A DNA stretch of 64,000 nucleotides from Ichthyobacteriaceae bacterium. GTDB lineage: Bacteria > Bacteroidota > Bacteroidia > Flavobacteriales > JADGDT01. The stretch spans positions 3,617 to 67,616 of the forward strand of contig JADGDT010000004.1 of the NCBI GenBank assembly GCA_016744755.1, written 5' to 3'. How positions within the stretch are numbered: the stretch's first letter is position 1; each line of letters begins with the position of its first letter. Position numbers and translations under genes: made by a program. The notes under the pieces were generated by a model, which had not been told where the DNA came from, did no database searches, and saw only the letters and a list, made by a program, of their open reading frames with translations. Positions 48,082 through 56,825 of this stretch are shown here, one piece after another.

Positions 48082-48645
48082 ATGAAATTTATTAATTACG
48101 TGCTTATTTCATCGGCGTTTATGTTTGCGACTAGTTGCTCTGATGGAAATGCAGGAAAAGAACCTGTAAAAGCTAAAACAGAATCCGTACAAGAAAAAGG
48201 TCAATCTTCTGTACAAGATGAAGTTTCGGATCCTAACATTATTCAACTTGCTATAGCTACTAAAGATTTATCTACTTTAGTTGCGGGAATTCAGGCAGCT
48301 GAACTAGAAGATGTTTTGGCAAATGCTGGCCCTCTTACAGTTTTTGCACCTACAAATGCAGCTTTCGATAAACTTCCAGAGGGAGTACTAGCTGATCTTC
48401 TTAAACCTAAAAACAAAGATAAATTAGCTGCAATAATTAAATATCATGCAGCACCAGGTAATTACGATGCCGATCACATTAAAGGTGTTATGGGGATTGG
48501 ACAGGCAACAGGAGAAAAAGTTGTTGTAGAAGTTAAAGATGGCGTTACTTACGTAAATGGTGCAAAGGTTTTAGCATCAGTAAAAGCTACTAATGGGTAT
48601 GTACACGTTATAGATGGAGTACTTTTACCTCCTCCTGCAAAATAA
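48082..48645 (+). CDS. Fasciclin (FAS1) domain lipoprotein
   Basis: Lipobox ATSC from the internal Met, then TVFAPTNAAF and GYVHVIDGVLLPP motifs. Confidence 0.85.
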   Translation: MKFINYVLISSAFMFATSCSDGNAGKEPVKAKTESVQEKGQSSVQDEVSDPNIIQLAIATKDLSTLVAGIQAAELEDVLANAGPLTVFAPTNAAFDKLPEGVLADLLKPKNKDKLAAIIKYHAAPGNYDADHIKGVMGIGQATGEKVVVEVKDGVTYVNGAKVLASVKATNGYVHVIDGVLLPPPAK

Positions 48646-48668
48646 GAATATAGAATATTTTTTTTATA

Positions 48669-48705
48669 AAAAGAGCCTTCGCATAATTTGTGAAGGCTTT
48701 TTTAT
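48669..48705 (+). terminator. Rho-independent terminator
   Basis: AGCCTTC/GAAGGCT stem followed by TTTTTT. Confidence 0.7.
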
Positions 48706-48945
48706 AGATATAATTTTGTGCCAGAGATAGAAGCGATAGCTTGTTTGTACCAAAAATTGTGAAGCTGTTATTTGTATAGCGACAATAGGAGCTCCTACAA
48801 ATAATGTTTAGCTGAACATATTTTGGTATAAATAACTTTAGCGTATAGCTCGATACCCATTTTTCATGGGTAGGCAGTATTAAAAACACTAGCATTACTT
48901 GATTCTTTACAAATAACTTTTAAATTTGTTGCAATTGAACTGAGC

Positions 48946-50124
48946 ATGAATATTTATAGGACGAAAAGTGTAAGTAAATGGGTGGGGTTGATTTTTGCAT
49001 TTACCATAGTTGCTTTGATATTATTTTTTACTAATAAATTTGTTGGTAAATTTAAAGAAGAGGAACAGCGTAAAATGGAAATCTGGGCTGCAGCAATGAA
49101 ACAGGTAACTATTCTTAGTGATCTGGATGTTGATATGTCTTTTCCTTTAGAAGTGATTACTAAAAATGTGACAATTCCAATTATTAATACCGATGAAGAT
49201 GGAATCATTAAAACATACAGGAATATAGGAGATAATTTTAAAGGAGATTCGTTGACTTTGTACGCTATTCTTGTGGAGATGAAAGAGGAACATGAACCTA
49301 TTATTATTGATTATCCGGATATGCGTAGGGAGTATGTTTTTTACAGGAACTCCGATATTCTAAACCAACTAGAGTATTATCCTATTGGAATGTTATTGAT
49401 GCTTAGCTTTTTTGGAGGACTAACTCTTTGGGCATTTAAATCTACAAAAAATTCGGAACAAAGCTTATTGTGGGCTGCCATGGCAAAAGAAACAGCTCAC
49501 CAAATAGGCACTCCATTATCATCGCTAATGGGGTGGACAGAATTATTGAAATTTGAGGATATTGATCAAACTCCCATCAACGAAATAGAACGTGACATTG
49601 ATAGACTAAAGACTATAGCTGAGCGTTTTTCTAAAATTGGTTCTGTACCAGAATTGGAATTTGGTAAAATTGTTGGCGTAACCAAAGTATCATACCTATA
49701 CTTAAAATCTCGTTCATCGAAGTACACACATTTTACTTTTGAATCTGATATTAAAAGGGATTTAGAAATTCCTTTTAATGAACAGCTTTTAAGTTGGGTT
49801 TTAGAAAATCTTATAAAAAATTCTATTGATGCAATGCAGGGAAAAGGAAACATATCTGTGAGACTTATTGAAACAAAAAGTCATGTACAAATAGAAGTTG
49901 AAGATACAGGTAAAGGTATTGCCAAATCTGAATTTAACACAGTTTTCGAGCCAGGTTTTACTACTAAAAAACGCGGTTGGGGCTTAGGACTTTCTCTTGC
50001 CAAAAGGATAATAGAACAATATCATTACGGTAAAATATTCGTTCTTCAATCTGAAATAGGAAAGGGTACAACTATTGCTCTTAGACTTAGAAAAAAAATG
50101 ACTAATAAACCAAGTAAAGCTTAA
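48946..50124 (+). CDS. Sensor histidine kinase (orphan)
   Basis: Two TM segments, H-box ETAHQIGTPLSSL, and HATPase N, G1 and G2 boxes (NLIKNSIDA, DTGKGI, GWGLGL). No response regulator is adjacent. Confidence 0.88.
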   Translation: MNIYRTKSVSKWVGLIFAFTIVALILFFTNKFVGKFKEEEQRKMEIWAAAMKQVTILSDLDVDMSFPLEVITKNVTIPIINTDEDGIIKTYRNIGDNFKGDSLTLYAILVEMKEEHEPIIIDYPDMRREYVFYRNSDILNQLEYYPIGMLLMLSFFGGLTLWAFKSTKNSEQSLLWAAMAKETAHQIGTPLSSLMGWTELLKFEDIDQTPINEIERDIDRLKTIAERFSKIGSVPELEFGKIVGVTKVSYLYLKSRSSKYTHFTFESDIKRDLEIPFNEQLLSWVLENLIKNSIDAMQGKGNISVRLIETKSHVQIEVEDTGKGIAKSEFNTVFEPGFTTKKRGWGLGLSLAKRIIEQYHYGKIFVLQSEIGKGTTIALRLRKKMTNKPSKA

Positions 50125-50513
50125 ATATTTGAAGATATTTCTCCTGCGATTTGTTTAAATTCTTCTTCTGTAAATTTTAGTTTTTCTTTCTCGAAACTAA
50201 TATCTGATAGTTTATTGATTGGAATCAAGTGTATATGAGCATGAGGTACATCTAATCCTACAACTGCTACTCCTACTCTATTACATGGAATAGTTTTCTC
50301 TATTCCCTTAGCTACTTTTCGTGCAAACTTTTGCAAATCTAAATACTTGTCTTCTGGCAAATCAAAAAGGTTATCAACCTCGTGTTTTGGAACAACTAAG
50401 GCGTGACCTTTTGCCGTAGGAAATATATCTAAGAAAGCATAGTTATTCGCATCTTCTGCTATCTTGTAAGAAGGTATTTCGCCGTTTATTATTTTTGTGA
50501 ATATTGATGCCAT
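50121..50513 (-). CDS. HIT family (Hint-like) protein
   Basis: HAHIHLIP histidine triad, 130 aa. Confidence 0.9.
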   Translation of the reverse strand: MASIFTKIINGEIPSYKIAEDANNYAFLDIFPTAKGHALVVPKHEVDNLFDLPEDKYLDLQKFARKVAKGIEKTIPCNRVGVAVVGLDVPHAHIHLIPINKLSDISFEKEKLKFTEEEFKQIAGEISSNI

Positions 50514-50540
50514 AACTCTAAATTTTAAGGTTTAAGTAAA

Positions 50541-50574
50541 AATAAAAAAAACTCCCCAATAATGGAGAGTTTTA
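50541..50574 (-). terminator. Rho-independent terminator of greA (minus strand)
   Basis: AAACTCTCC/GGGGAGTTT stem with one mismatch, then a T-run on the minus strand. Confidence 0.6.
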
Positions 50575-50594
50575 GAATTTTGATATAATCTATT

Positions 50595-51068
50595 TTATCT
50601 CGAAATATCTACAATTTCAAATTCCATAGTTCCATTAGGAACTTCAATTTCTGCCTTATCTCCTACTTTTTTCCCTAGTAAACCTTTAGCTATAGGTGAA
50701 TTTACCGAAATTTTACCAGCTTTTAAATCTGCTTCGTTCTCTGCAACAAGAGTGTAGACCATTGTGGCTCCATTTGCAATATTCTTAATTTTAACGATAG
50801 ATAAAACAAGAACTTTAGATGTGTCTAATTGAGACTCATCAATAATTCTTGCATTAGAAAGTCTATCTTCTAATTTAGAAATATGCATTTCCAACATTCC
50901 CTGAGCTTCCTTTGCTGCATCGTATTCTGCATTCTCCGATAAATCTCCTTTATCTCTAGCTTCTGCAATTTGACCTGTAACTCTTGGTCTTTCAATAGAT
51001 TTTAATTGATGTAATTCATCTTTTAAATCCTTTAATCCTTGTTCTGAATAATATGATATTTGTGACAT
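50595..51068 (-). CDS. greA: Transcription elongation factor GreA
   Basis: 157 aa from the internal Met (MSQISYYSEQGL...) with GDLSENAEYDAAKE. Confidence 0.93.
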   Translation of the reverse strand: MSQISYYSEQGLKDLKDELHQLKSIERPRVTGQIAEARDKGDLSENAEYDAAKEAQGMLEMHISKLEDRLSNARIIDESQLDTSKVLVLSIVKIKNIANGATMVYTLVAENEADLKAGKISVNSPIAKGLLGKKVGDKAEIEVPNGTMEFEIVDISR

Positions 51069-51272
51069 AATGCACTTGATTTTAAATAACAAAATAGTCG
51101 GAAAAAAATCCCTCTTAAAAATAGGGATTGCATCTTTCCGACCTTATAAATACAAATATATGCTTTTTTTATTTTTGAGCCAAAACTGTGATGGTTTAAT
51201 GTTCGTTTTCAAGTTATTATTTGACTTTTATTGTGTTATATTTAAAATCTTAAACATAACTAATACAATAAC

Positions 51273-54056
51273 ATGCAAACGTTTATTTCTCAAGTAGTAA
51301 AGAGTCTTCTCAATTCTGAAACCGAAATAGAAAATCAGATAATTATACTTCCATCTAAAAGAGCAGGAGTGTTTTTTAGAGATGAACTTTTACGTCAGAT
51401 TACACATTCTACTTGGGGACCAAAAATATACACAATAGAAGATTTGGTTACCGAAATAAGCTCTTTGAAAATTGTCGATAACATTCAACTTCTATTTAAT
51501 TTTTACGAGGTTTACCTCAAAAATAGTATTGATAAAAATCACGATACATTCGACCAATTTAGTAAGTGGGCAACAATGGCTCTTTACGATTTTAACGAAA
51601 TTGACAGGTATTTAGTCGATTCTAAAAAGTTATTCTCTAATCTTAGAGATGCAAAGAAAATAGAGAGTTGGACACCCGAAGAACCTACAAAATTGATGAA
51701 ACAATTTTTGAGGTTTTGGGATAGGTTAGAAATTTACTACAACGAATTTAGGACAAAATTAACCGCCGAGGGTTTGGCTTACCAAGGAATGGCTTTTAGA
51801 GTAGCTAGCGAAAAAATAAATAACTTTTTAAATGATCTACCAATAGATAAAAAATTCCATTTAGTAGGATTCAATGCAATAAACAAAGCAGAAGAAAGTT
51901 TGATTAACAAATTGCTAGAAAGCGGTAAGGCTCATATTTATTGGGATGCAGACAAGTACTACGTTGAAAACAAAATACAAGAAGCTGGTTCGTTTTTAAG
52001 ACAACACCGAAAGAACTGGAAACACTTTGAAACAAATAGTTTTAATTGGATTCAGGATAACTTCTCTAAAGCAAAGAGGGTGAAAATTATTGGTGTTCCT
52101 AAAATGGTTGGGCAAGCAAAGGTAGCAGGGCAAATTTTAGATGATATTTCTAAAAAAGGAAATATTGATGATAAATTTAAATCGACAGCACTAGTTTTAG
52201 CTGATGAGAATTTACTTTTGCCAACTCTAAATTCACTTTCTGATGTGGTTGACAACATAAACATAACCATGGGTTACCCAATTAGGAATACTCCCATGGC
52301 AGGTTTATTTGAGTTAATTTTTAAGCTTCACGAAAAAGTTGTAAAACTCGGGAGGATAGAAGATGCCAAACCATTCTACTACCAAGATTTAGTAGCCATA
52401 CTAAAACATCCGATTGTGAAATCGTACTTGATAGAAATTGGTAAAAGCTCTGACGAAATCATAAATGAGATAAATAGTAAAAATTTAGTATTTGTTGGTT
52501 ATGACAATATGGAAATAATAAAGGATAACGAACTGCTAAAATTTGTTTTGCTTCCTTGGAAAAATAATAGTTCAATTGCTATTAAATCTTGCACTAGTAT
52601 AGTTTCTGTACTTAAAGATTTCTACTCCAAAGATTACAATTCACATCAAATAGATTTAGAGTATTTATTTAGATTCTCACAAATTTTCAACCAGCTATCG
52701 GGATTAGAAGTTAAATATACTTACATCTCGGAACTGAAAGTATTAAGTTCTTTTTTTAATCAAATACTCAATAGTGAAACACTTTCATTTAGGGGCGAGC
52801 CTTTGTTAGGATTGCAATTAATGGGAATGTTAGAAACAAGAGTTCTCGATTTTGAAACCGTGATTCTAACATCTGTAAACGAAGGAATATTACCAGCAGG
52901 GAGCTCTCAAAATTCATTTATCCCCTACGATATAAAAATAGATTCCGGATTACCAACCTATCAAGAAAAAGATGCTATTTACGCCTATCACTTCTACAGA
53001 TTAATTCAGCGTGCAAAGAATGTTTACTTGCTTTATAATACCGAAGCTGATGATTTTGGCTCTGGTGAAAAGAGTAGATTCATCACTCAGTTAATCAACG
53101 AAGCTGGTAAAAATATTGAGATTGAAGAATACATCCTCTCAGGGAAACCTTCTAAACCTGAAAATAGAAGTATAAGCATAAAAAAGAATGATAAGGTTTT
53201 AGACAGATTAAATGAACTGGGTGAAAAAGGATTTTCGCCATCGGCATTAGCAATGTACATGCGTAATCCTTTAGACTTTTATTACCAGAAAGTTTTGAGG
53301 TTGAAAGAACAAGACGATGTAGAAGAAATTGCAGGTTACAACACTTTAGGAAATGTTGTTCACGAAGTTTTGGAAGAATTGTACAAACCTTTTATCGGTA
53401 AATTTATTGAGGAAGAAGATGTAAAAAATATGATTCCTAAGGTTATTGATTTAACCAAACAAAAATTTGAAAAGCTATACCTCAATGGAGATATTAATCA
53501 CGGTAAAAACTTATTGATAAGTAAGGTTGCCGAAGAATTTGTAAATAATTTTCTCAATTCCGAAATTCAACTTTTGGCAAAAGGACATCAGCTAAAGATT
53601 ATAGGTTTAGAAAAAAAGATGACCGCCAAAGTTTATGTAAAAGAGCTAGATAAAACTGTTAATATTTTTGGATTTATTGATAGAGTAGATCAACTTGATG
53701 GAGTGATTAGAGTTTTAGATTACAAAACAGGAAAGGCTGAAAAGAAAGATTTAAAAATATTGTCATTTTCAAGTATAACTCAAGATGATGGAATGCCAAA
53801 AGCCTTACAAGTAATGGCTTATGCACTAATGATTCAGCAAGAGATGGAAGAAAAGTCATTGTCAAATCAAGAGATAAATGCAGGAATAATAGCATTGAAA
53901 AACATGAAAGACAATCTATTGATGTTGAGCGATACCAAAGGAAAAACTCTAAACATCACGAAAAAAGAACTCGATGACTACAAAGAATCTATGGCTAGTT
54001 TATTTGTAGAAATTTTCAGTGAAAAAATTCCTTTTGAAGAGAAAGTTTTGGTTTGA
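51273..54056 (+). CDS. AddB-like PD-(D/E)XK nuclease family protein
   Basis: 927 aa with a degenerate N-terminal helicase-like region and a C-terminal RecB-type nuclease motif (GFIDRVD...VLDYKTGK). No Cys cluster. Confidence 0.7.
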   Translation: MQTFISQVVKSLLNSETEIENQIIILPSKRAGVFFRDELLRQITHSTWGPKIYTIEDLVTEISSLKIVDNIQLLFNFYEVYLKNSIDKNHDTFDQFSKWATMALYDFNEIDRYLVDSKKLFSNLRDAKKIESWTPEEPTKLMKQFLRFWDRLEIYYNEFRTKLTAEGLAYQGMAFRVASEKINNFLNDLPIDKKFHLVGFNAINKAEESLINKLLESGKAHIYWDADKYYVENKIQEAGSFLRQHRKNWKHFETNSFNWIQDNFSKAKRVKIIGVPKMVGQAKVAGQILDDISKKGNIDDKFKSTALVLADENLLLPTLNSLSDVVDNINITMGYPIRNTPMAGLFELIFKLHEKVVKLGRIEDAKPFYYQDLVAILKHPIVKSYLIEIGKSSDEIINEINSKNLVFVGYDNMEIIKDNELLKFVLLPWKNNSSIAIKSCTSIVSVLKDFYSKDYNSHQIDLEYLFRFSQIFNQLSGLEVKYTYISELKVLSSFFNQILNSETLSFRGEPLLGLQLMGMLETRVLDFETVILTSVNEGILPAGSSQNSFIPYDIKIDSGLPTYQEKDAIYAYHFYRLIQRAKNVYLLYNTEADDFGSGEKSRFITQLINEAGKNIEIEEYILSGKPSKPENRSISIKKNDKVLDRLNELGEKGFSPSALAMYMRNPLDFYYQKVLRLKEQDDVEEIAGYNTLGNVVHEVLEELYKPFIGKFIEEEDVKNMIPKVIDLTKQKFEKLYLNGDINHGKNLLISKVAEEFVNNFLNSEIQLLAKGHQLKIIGLEKKMTAKVYVKELDKTVNIFGFIDRVDQLDGVIRVLDYKTGKAEKKDLKILSFSSITQDDGMPKALQVMAYALMIQQEMEEKSLSNQEINAGIIALKNMKDNLLMLSDTKGKTLNITKKELDDYKESMASLFVEIFSEKIPFEEKVLV

Positions 54057-54062
54057 ATCAAA

Positions 54063-54207
54063 GGTACGGCCACAAATGTTGTGGAAATATAAATAATTTA
54101 GCAATTATGTTATCACGACCGATGATAGGTAGATCCGCAAGCTCCAGTCGAAATTACGGCAATTACAAAGTTGTTAAACTTTACACAATGAAATAGGTTA
54201 GAGTACC
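54063..54207 (+). mobile_element. MITE-like element, copy E4 (145 bp, shortest)
   Basis: Left end GGTACGGCCACAAATGTTGTGGAAATAT, whose 17-mer AATGTTGTGGAAATAT is identical to E1. Right end TTACACAATGAAATAGGTTAGAGTACC. No flanking duplication found. Confidence 0.55.
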
Positions 54208-55103
54208 TACCTTAACTTCATAATCTCAAGAATTGACCACAAACTAGGATTTGTATTCTCTTTATTCCACACTGCTCTGAGTATAGTTCGTTGAGGTATT
54301 TTCTTTAATTCTATAAATTTAATACCCATATCGTAACCAAGTTTAAGAGTGGTTGGCACAATTGAAATTCCCATATTATTTTCTACTAGCCTGAAAATAG
54401 AACCTGCATTAACCGTGTAGTGAGATATTTGAGGAACAAAGCCAAAATCGTCAAATATTTGCATTATTACTTCGTGATAAGATTCGCTGTACGAAGTATC
54501 GAAAAGTATAAAAGGCTCATCTTCTAGCTGAGATAAATCTTTAAAATTAGTTTCATCTAACTTGTGCGATTTAGGTAAAACCAAAGAAAAAGTATCTTCA
54601 AAAACTGGCGATATCTCTAATACTTTTGGAACTCTATTAGTTCTTACAAATCCTAGATCTATGTCTTGTTCCATAAGAGATTGTATTTGCCTATTGTTAT
54701 CCATCTCATTTAAGCTAAAAATAACATTTGGCTTAACTTCGCTAAATTCCAATAAAAGCTTAGGTATAACTTCCTGCATTGCCGAACCTACATATCCTAA
54801 TTTCAGACTACCCTCTACTCCATCTTCCAATAACTTGGCATGGGCAAAAATGGAATCTAAACTTTTTAAATTTTTAGAAACAGCTTCCTTCAAGTACTGA
54901 CCTGTCTTCGTAAGTTCAACTTTCCTGTTGTGCCTCTCAAATAACTTTATCCCCAAATCATCTTCCAACTGCTTTATCTGCTTACTCAATCCTGGCTGAG
55001 AAATATATAATTTATCGGCTGCTTTACGGAAATGTAAATCCTCTGCTACTGCCAAAAAATACCTGAGATGTCTAAACTCTATTCTATTACTCATAGTTAT
55101 CAA
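54207..55103 (-). CDS. LysR family transcriptional regulator
   Basis: N-terminal wHTH (FRHLRYFLAVAEDLHFRKAADKLYISQPGLSKQIKQLE) plus a substrate-binding domain. It is divergent from hutH. Confidence 0.9.
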   Translation of the reverse strand: MITMSNRIEFRHLRYFLAVAEDLHFRKAADKLYISQPGLSKQIKQLEDDLGIKLFERHNRKVELTKTGQYLKEAVSKNLKSLDSIFAHAKLLEDGVEGSLKLGYVGSAMQEVIPKLLLEFSEVKPNVIFSLNEMDNNRQIQSLMEQDIDLGFVRTNRVPKVLEISPVFEDTFSLVLPKSHKLDETNFKDLSQLEDEPFILFDTSYSESYHEVIMQIFDDFGFVPQISHYTVNAGSIFRLVENNMGISIVPTTLKLGYDMGIKFIELKKIPQRTILRAVWNKENTNPSLWSILEIMKLR

Positions 55104-55173
55104 TTACTATAAAACATAGTCTTGTTAGTTATCAAAAGTAATTATAATTTTGTGTGAAACAAAAATAAAAGAC

Positions 55174-56664
55174 ATGTTTAAATACGGAATAGATCAATTA
55201 TCGGTAGATAAAGTTATGGCAATAGCTAAAGGAGAATTAAAAGCTTCTTTAACAGAAAAAACAATATCAAAAGTTAAAGAGTGTAGACGCAAAGTTGAAG
55301 TAATGGCAAACGGCTTTGATGCAATTTATGGTGTCAATACAGGTTTTGGACCTTTGTGCGATGTGCAGATTACACCCGATGAAACTAGCAAGCTTCAAGA
55401 AAACTTGCTGATAACCCATGCTGTTGGTGTTGGAAATCCTATTGACAAAGAACTGTCTAAAATAATGATGATTACAAAAGTTCATGCTTTGTGTCAAGGT
55501 TTTTCTGGCGTACGTCTCGAACTAATTGAACGTATAATATATTTTATTGAAAACAATCTTTTACCAGTTGTACCAGAACAAGGATCGGTAGGTGCATCAG
55601 GAGATTTAGCTCCCCTTTCACACTTATTCTTACCAATACTTGGTGAAGGGGAATTTTGGAATGGAGATAAAATTGTAGATGCAAAAAGTGTTTTAGCAGA
55701 TCATAATTTAACTCCTCTAAAACTTGAAGCAAAAGAAGGCTTAGGTTTAATTAATGGTACTCAATTTATTTTGGCTCATACTATAGTTGGACTTAAAAAG
55801 ATGGATTACTTGTTAGATTTAGCAGATCTTGCTGGTGCTATGAGTTTAGAAGGATATAAAGGAAGTGAATCGCCATTTAAAGCCGAACTTCACAGTATTC
55901 GACCTTTTAAAGGAACACAACACGTTGCAGAGCGTATGAGAATGTTAGTAGCTGGATCAGAAAATATTGCATCTCACTTAACTTGCGAAAGAGTTCAAGA
56001 TCCATACTCTCTCCGTTGTATCCCTCAAGTCCATGGTGCATCACGAAATGCTTATTATCACCTTGAAGAATTAGCAACTGTAGAGATGAATTCTGTTACC
56101 GACAATCCAATTATTCTTAGTGAAACCGAAGCTATTTCTGGCGGGAATTTTCACGGTCAGCCACTTGCTATGGCAATTGATTACGGAGCATTAGCATCTT
56201 CGGAATTAGGAAATATTTCTGATAGAAGGTGTTATTTACTTCTTGAAGGAAAATATGGATTACCACGTTTACTTACTGCTAGTGGCGGTTTAAACTCTGG
56301 ATTCATGATTCCTCAGTACACAACTGCTGCTTTAGTTACAGAAAACAAATCGTTGTGTTTCCCTCCTTCTGCCGATAGTGTTCCTACATCACTAGGTCAG
56401 GAAGACCACGTTTCTATGGGGAGTATTTCTGGACGTAAGTTCAATCAAATATTAGGAAATATTGAGAAAATACTAGCTATAGAATTAATGTATGCAGCAC
56501 AAGCTTTAGAGTTCCGTAGACCAAGTAAATTTTCACCTATTGTAGAAGATACTTTTGCAGTTATCCGTAAAAAAGTTGACAAACTAGAAGATGATAGAGT
56601 TCTAAGATATGATATCAACAACATGGTTGAGATGGTGAAAAATCAAGTGTTTAGAGTGAAATAA
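55174..56664 (+). CDS. hutH: Histidine ammonia-lyase
   Basis: MIO-forming GSVGASGDLAPLSH motif. The start is moved to an internal ATG (MFKYGIDQLS). Confidence 0.95.
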   Translation: MFKYGIDQLSVDKVMAIAKGELKASLTEKTISKVKECRRKVEVMANGFDAIYGVNTGFGPLCDVQITPDETSKLQENLLITHAVGVGNPIDKELSKIMMITKVHALCQGFSGVRLELIERIIYFIENNLLPVVPEQGSVGASGDLAPLSHLFLPILGEGEFWNGDKIVDAKSVLADHNLTPLKLEAKEGLGLINGTQFILAHTIVGLKKMDYLLDLADLAGAMSLEGYKGSESPFKAELHSIRPFKGTQHVAERMRMLVAGSENIASHLTCERVQDPYSLRCIPQVHGASRNAYYHLEELATVEMNSVTDNPIILSETEAISGGNFHGQPLAMAIDYGALASSELGNISDRRCYLLLEGKYGLPRLLTASGGLNSGFMIPQYTTAALVTENKSLCFPPSADSVPTSLGQEDHVSMGSISGRKFNQILGNIEKILAIELMYAAQALEFRRPSKFSPIVEDTFAVIRKKVDKLEDDRVLRYDINNMVEMVKNQVFRVK

Positions 56665-56670
56665 TACTAG

Positions 56671-56760
56671 TTTCGGGTTGCATGTTACAAGTTAGCTTGT
56701 TTGTGAATATAAAAATATTTGTGATTCTTAGTGTAGCCCTTTGTCTACTTAGTGGTTAAA
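56671..56760. repeat. Word-repeat spacer (TTGTGA / CTTAGTG words) between hutH and hutU
   Basis: Sequence is TTTCGGGTTGCATGTTACAAGTTAGCTTGTTTGTGAATATAAAAATATTTGTGATTCTTAGTGTAGCCCTTTGTCTACTTAGTGGTTAAA. The vocabulary resembles the interior of E3 (CAAAGTCGCAAATACACTAAGG). Confidence 0.5.
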
Positions 56761-56825
56761 TTATTAACACATCAGTACCATATCAACTCAATAGTTAAAC
56801 GGCTCAATAATCAAATAAAAACAAA

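Noticed and set aside
48608-48895. 95-aa minus-strand ORF in the fasciclin-kinase spacer
   Set aside because: It reads through the fasciclin terminator hairpin and overlaps the fasciclin 3' end, with no plausible start context or recognisable sequence.
51273-54056. The large PD-(D/E)XK nuclease as a defence-system component
   Set aside because: The architecture (degenerate helicase-like N-terminus plus a RecB-type nuclease C-terminus) fits housekeeping AddB-like repair proteins. No methylase, ATPase partner or other defence genes flank it.
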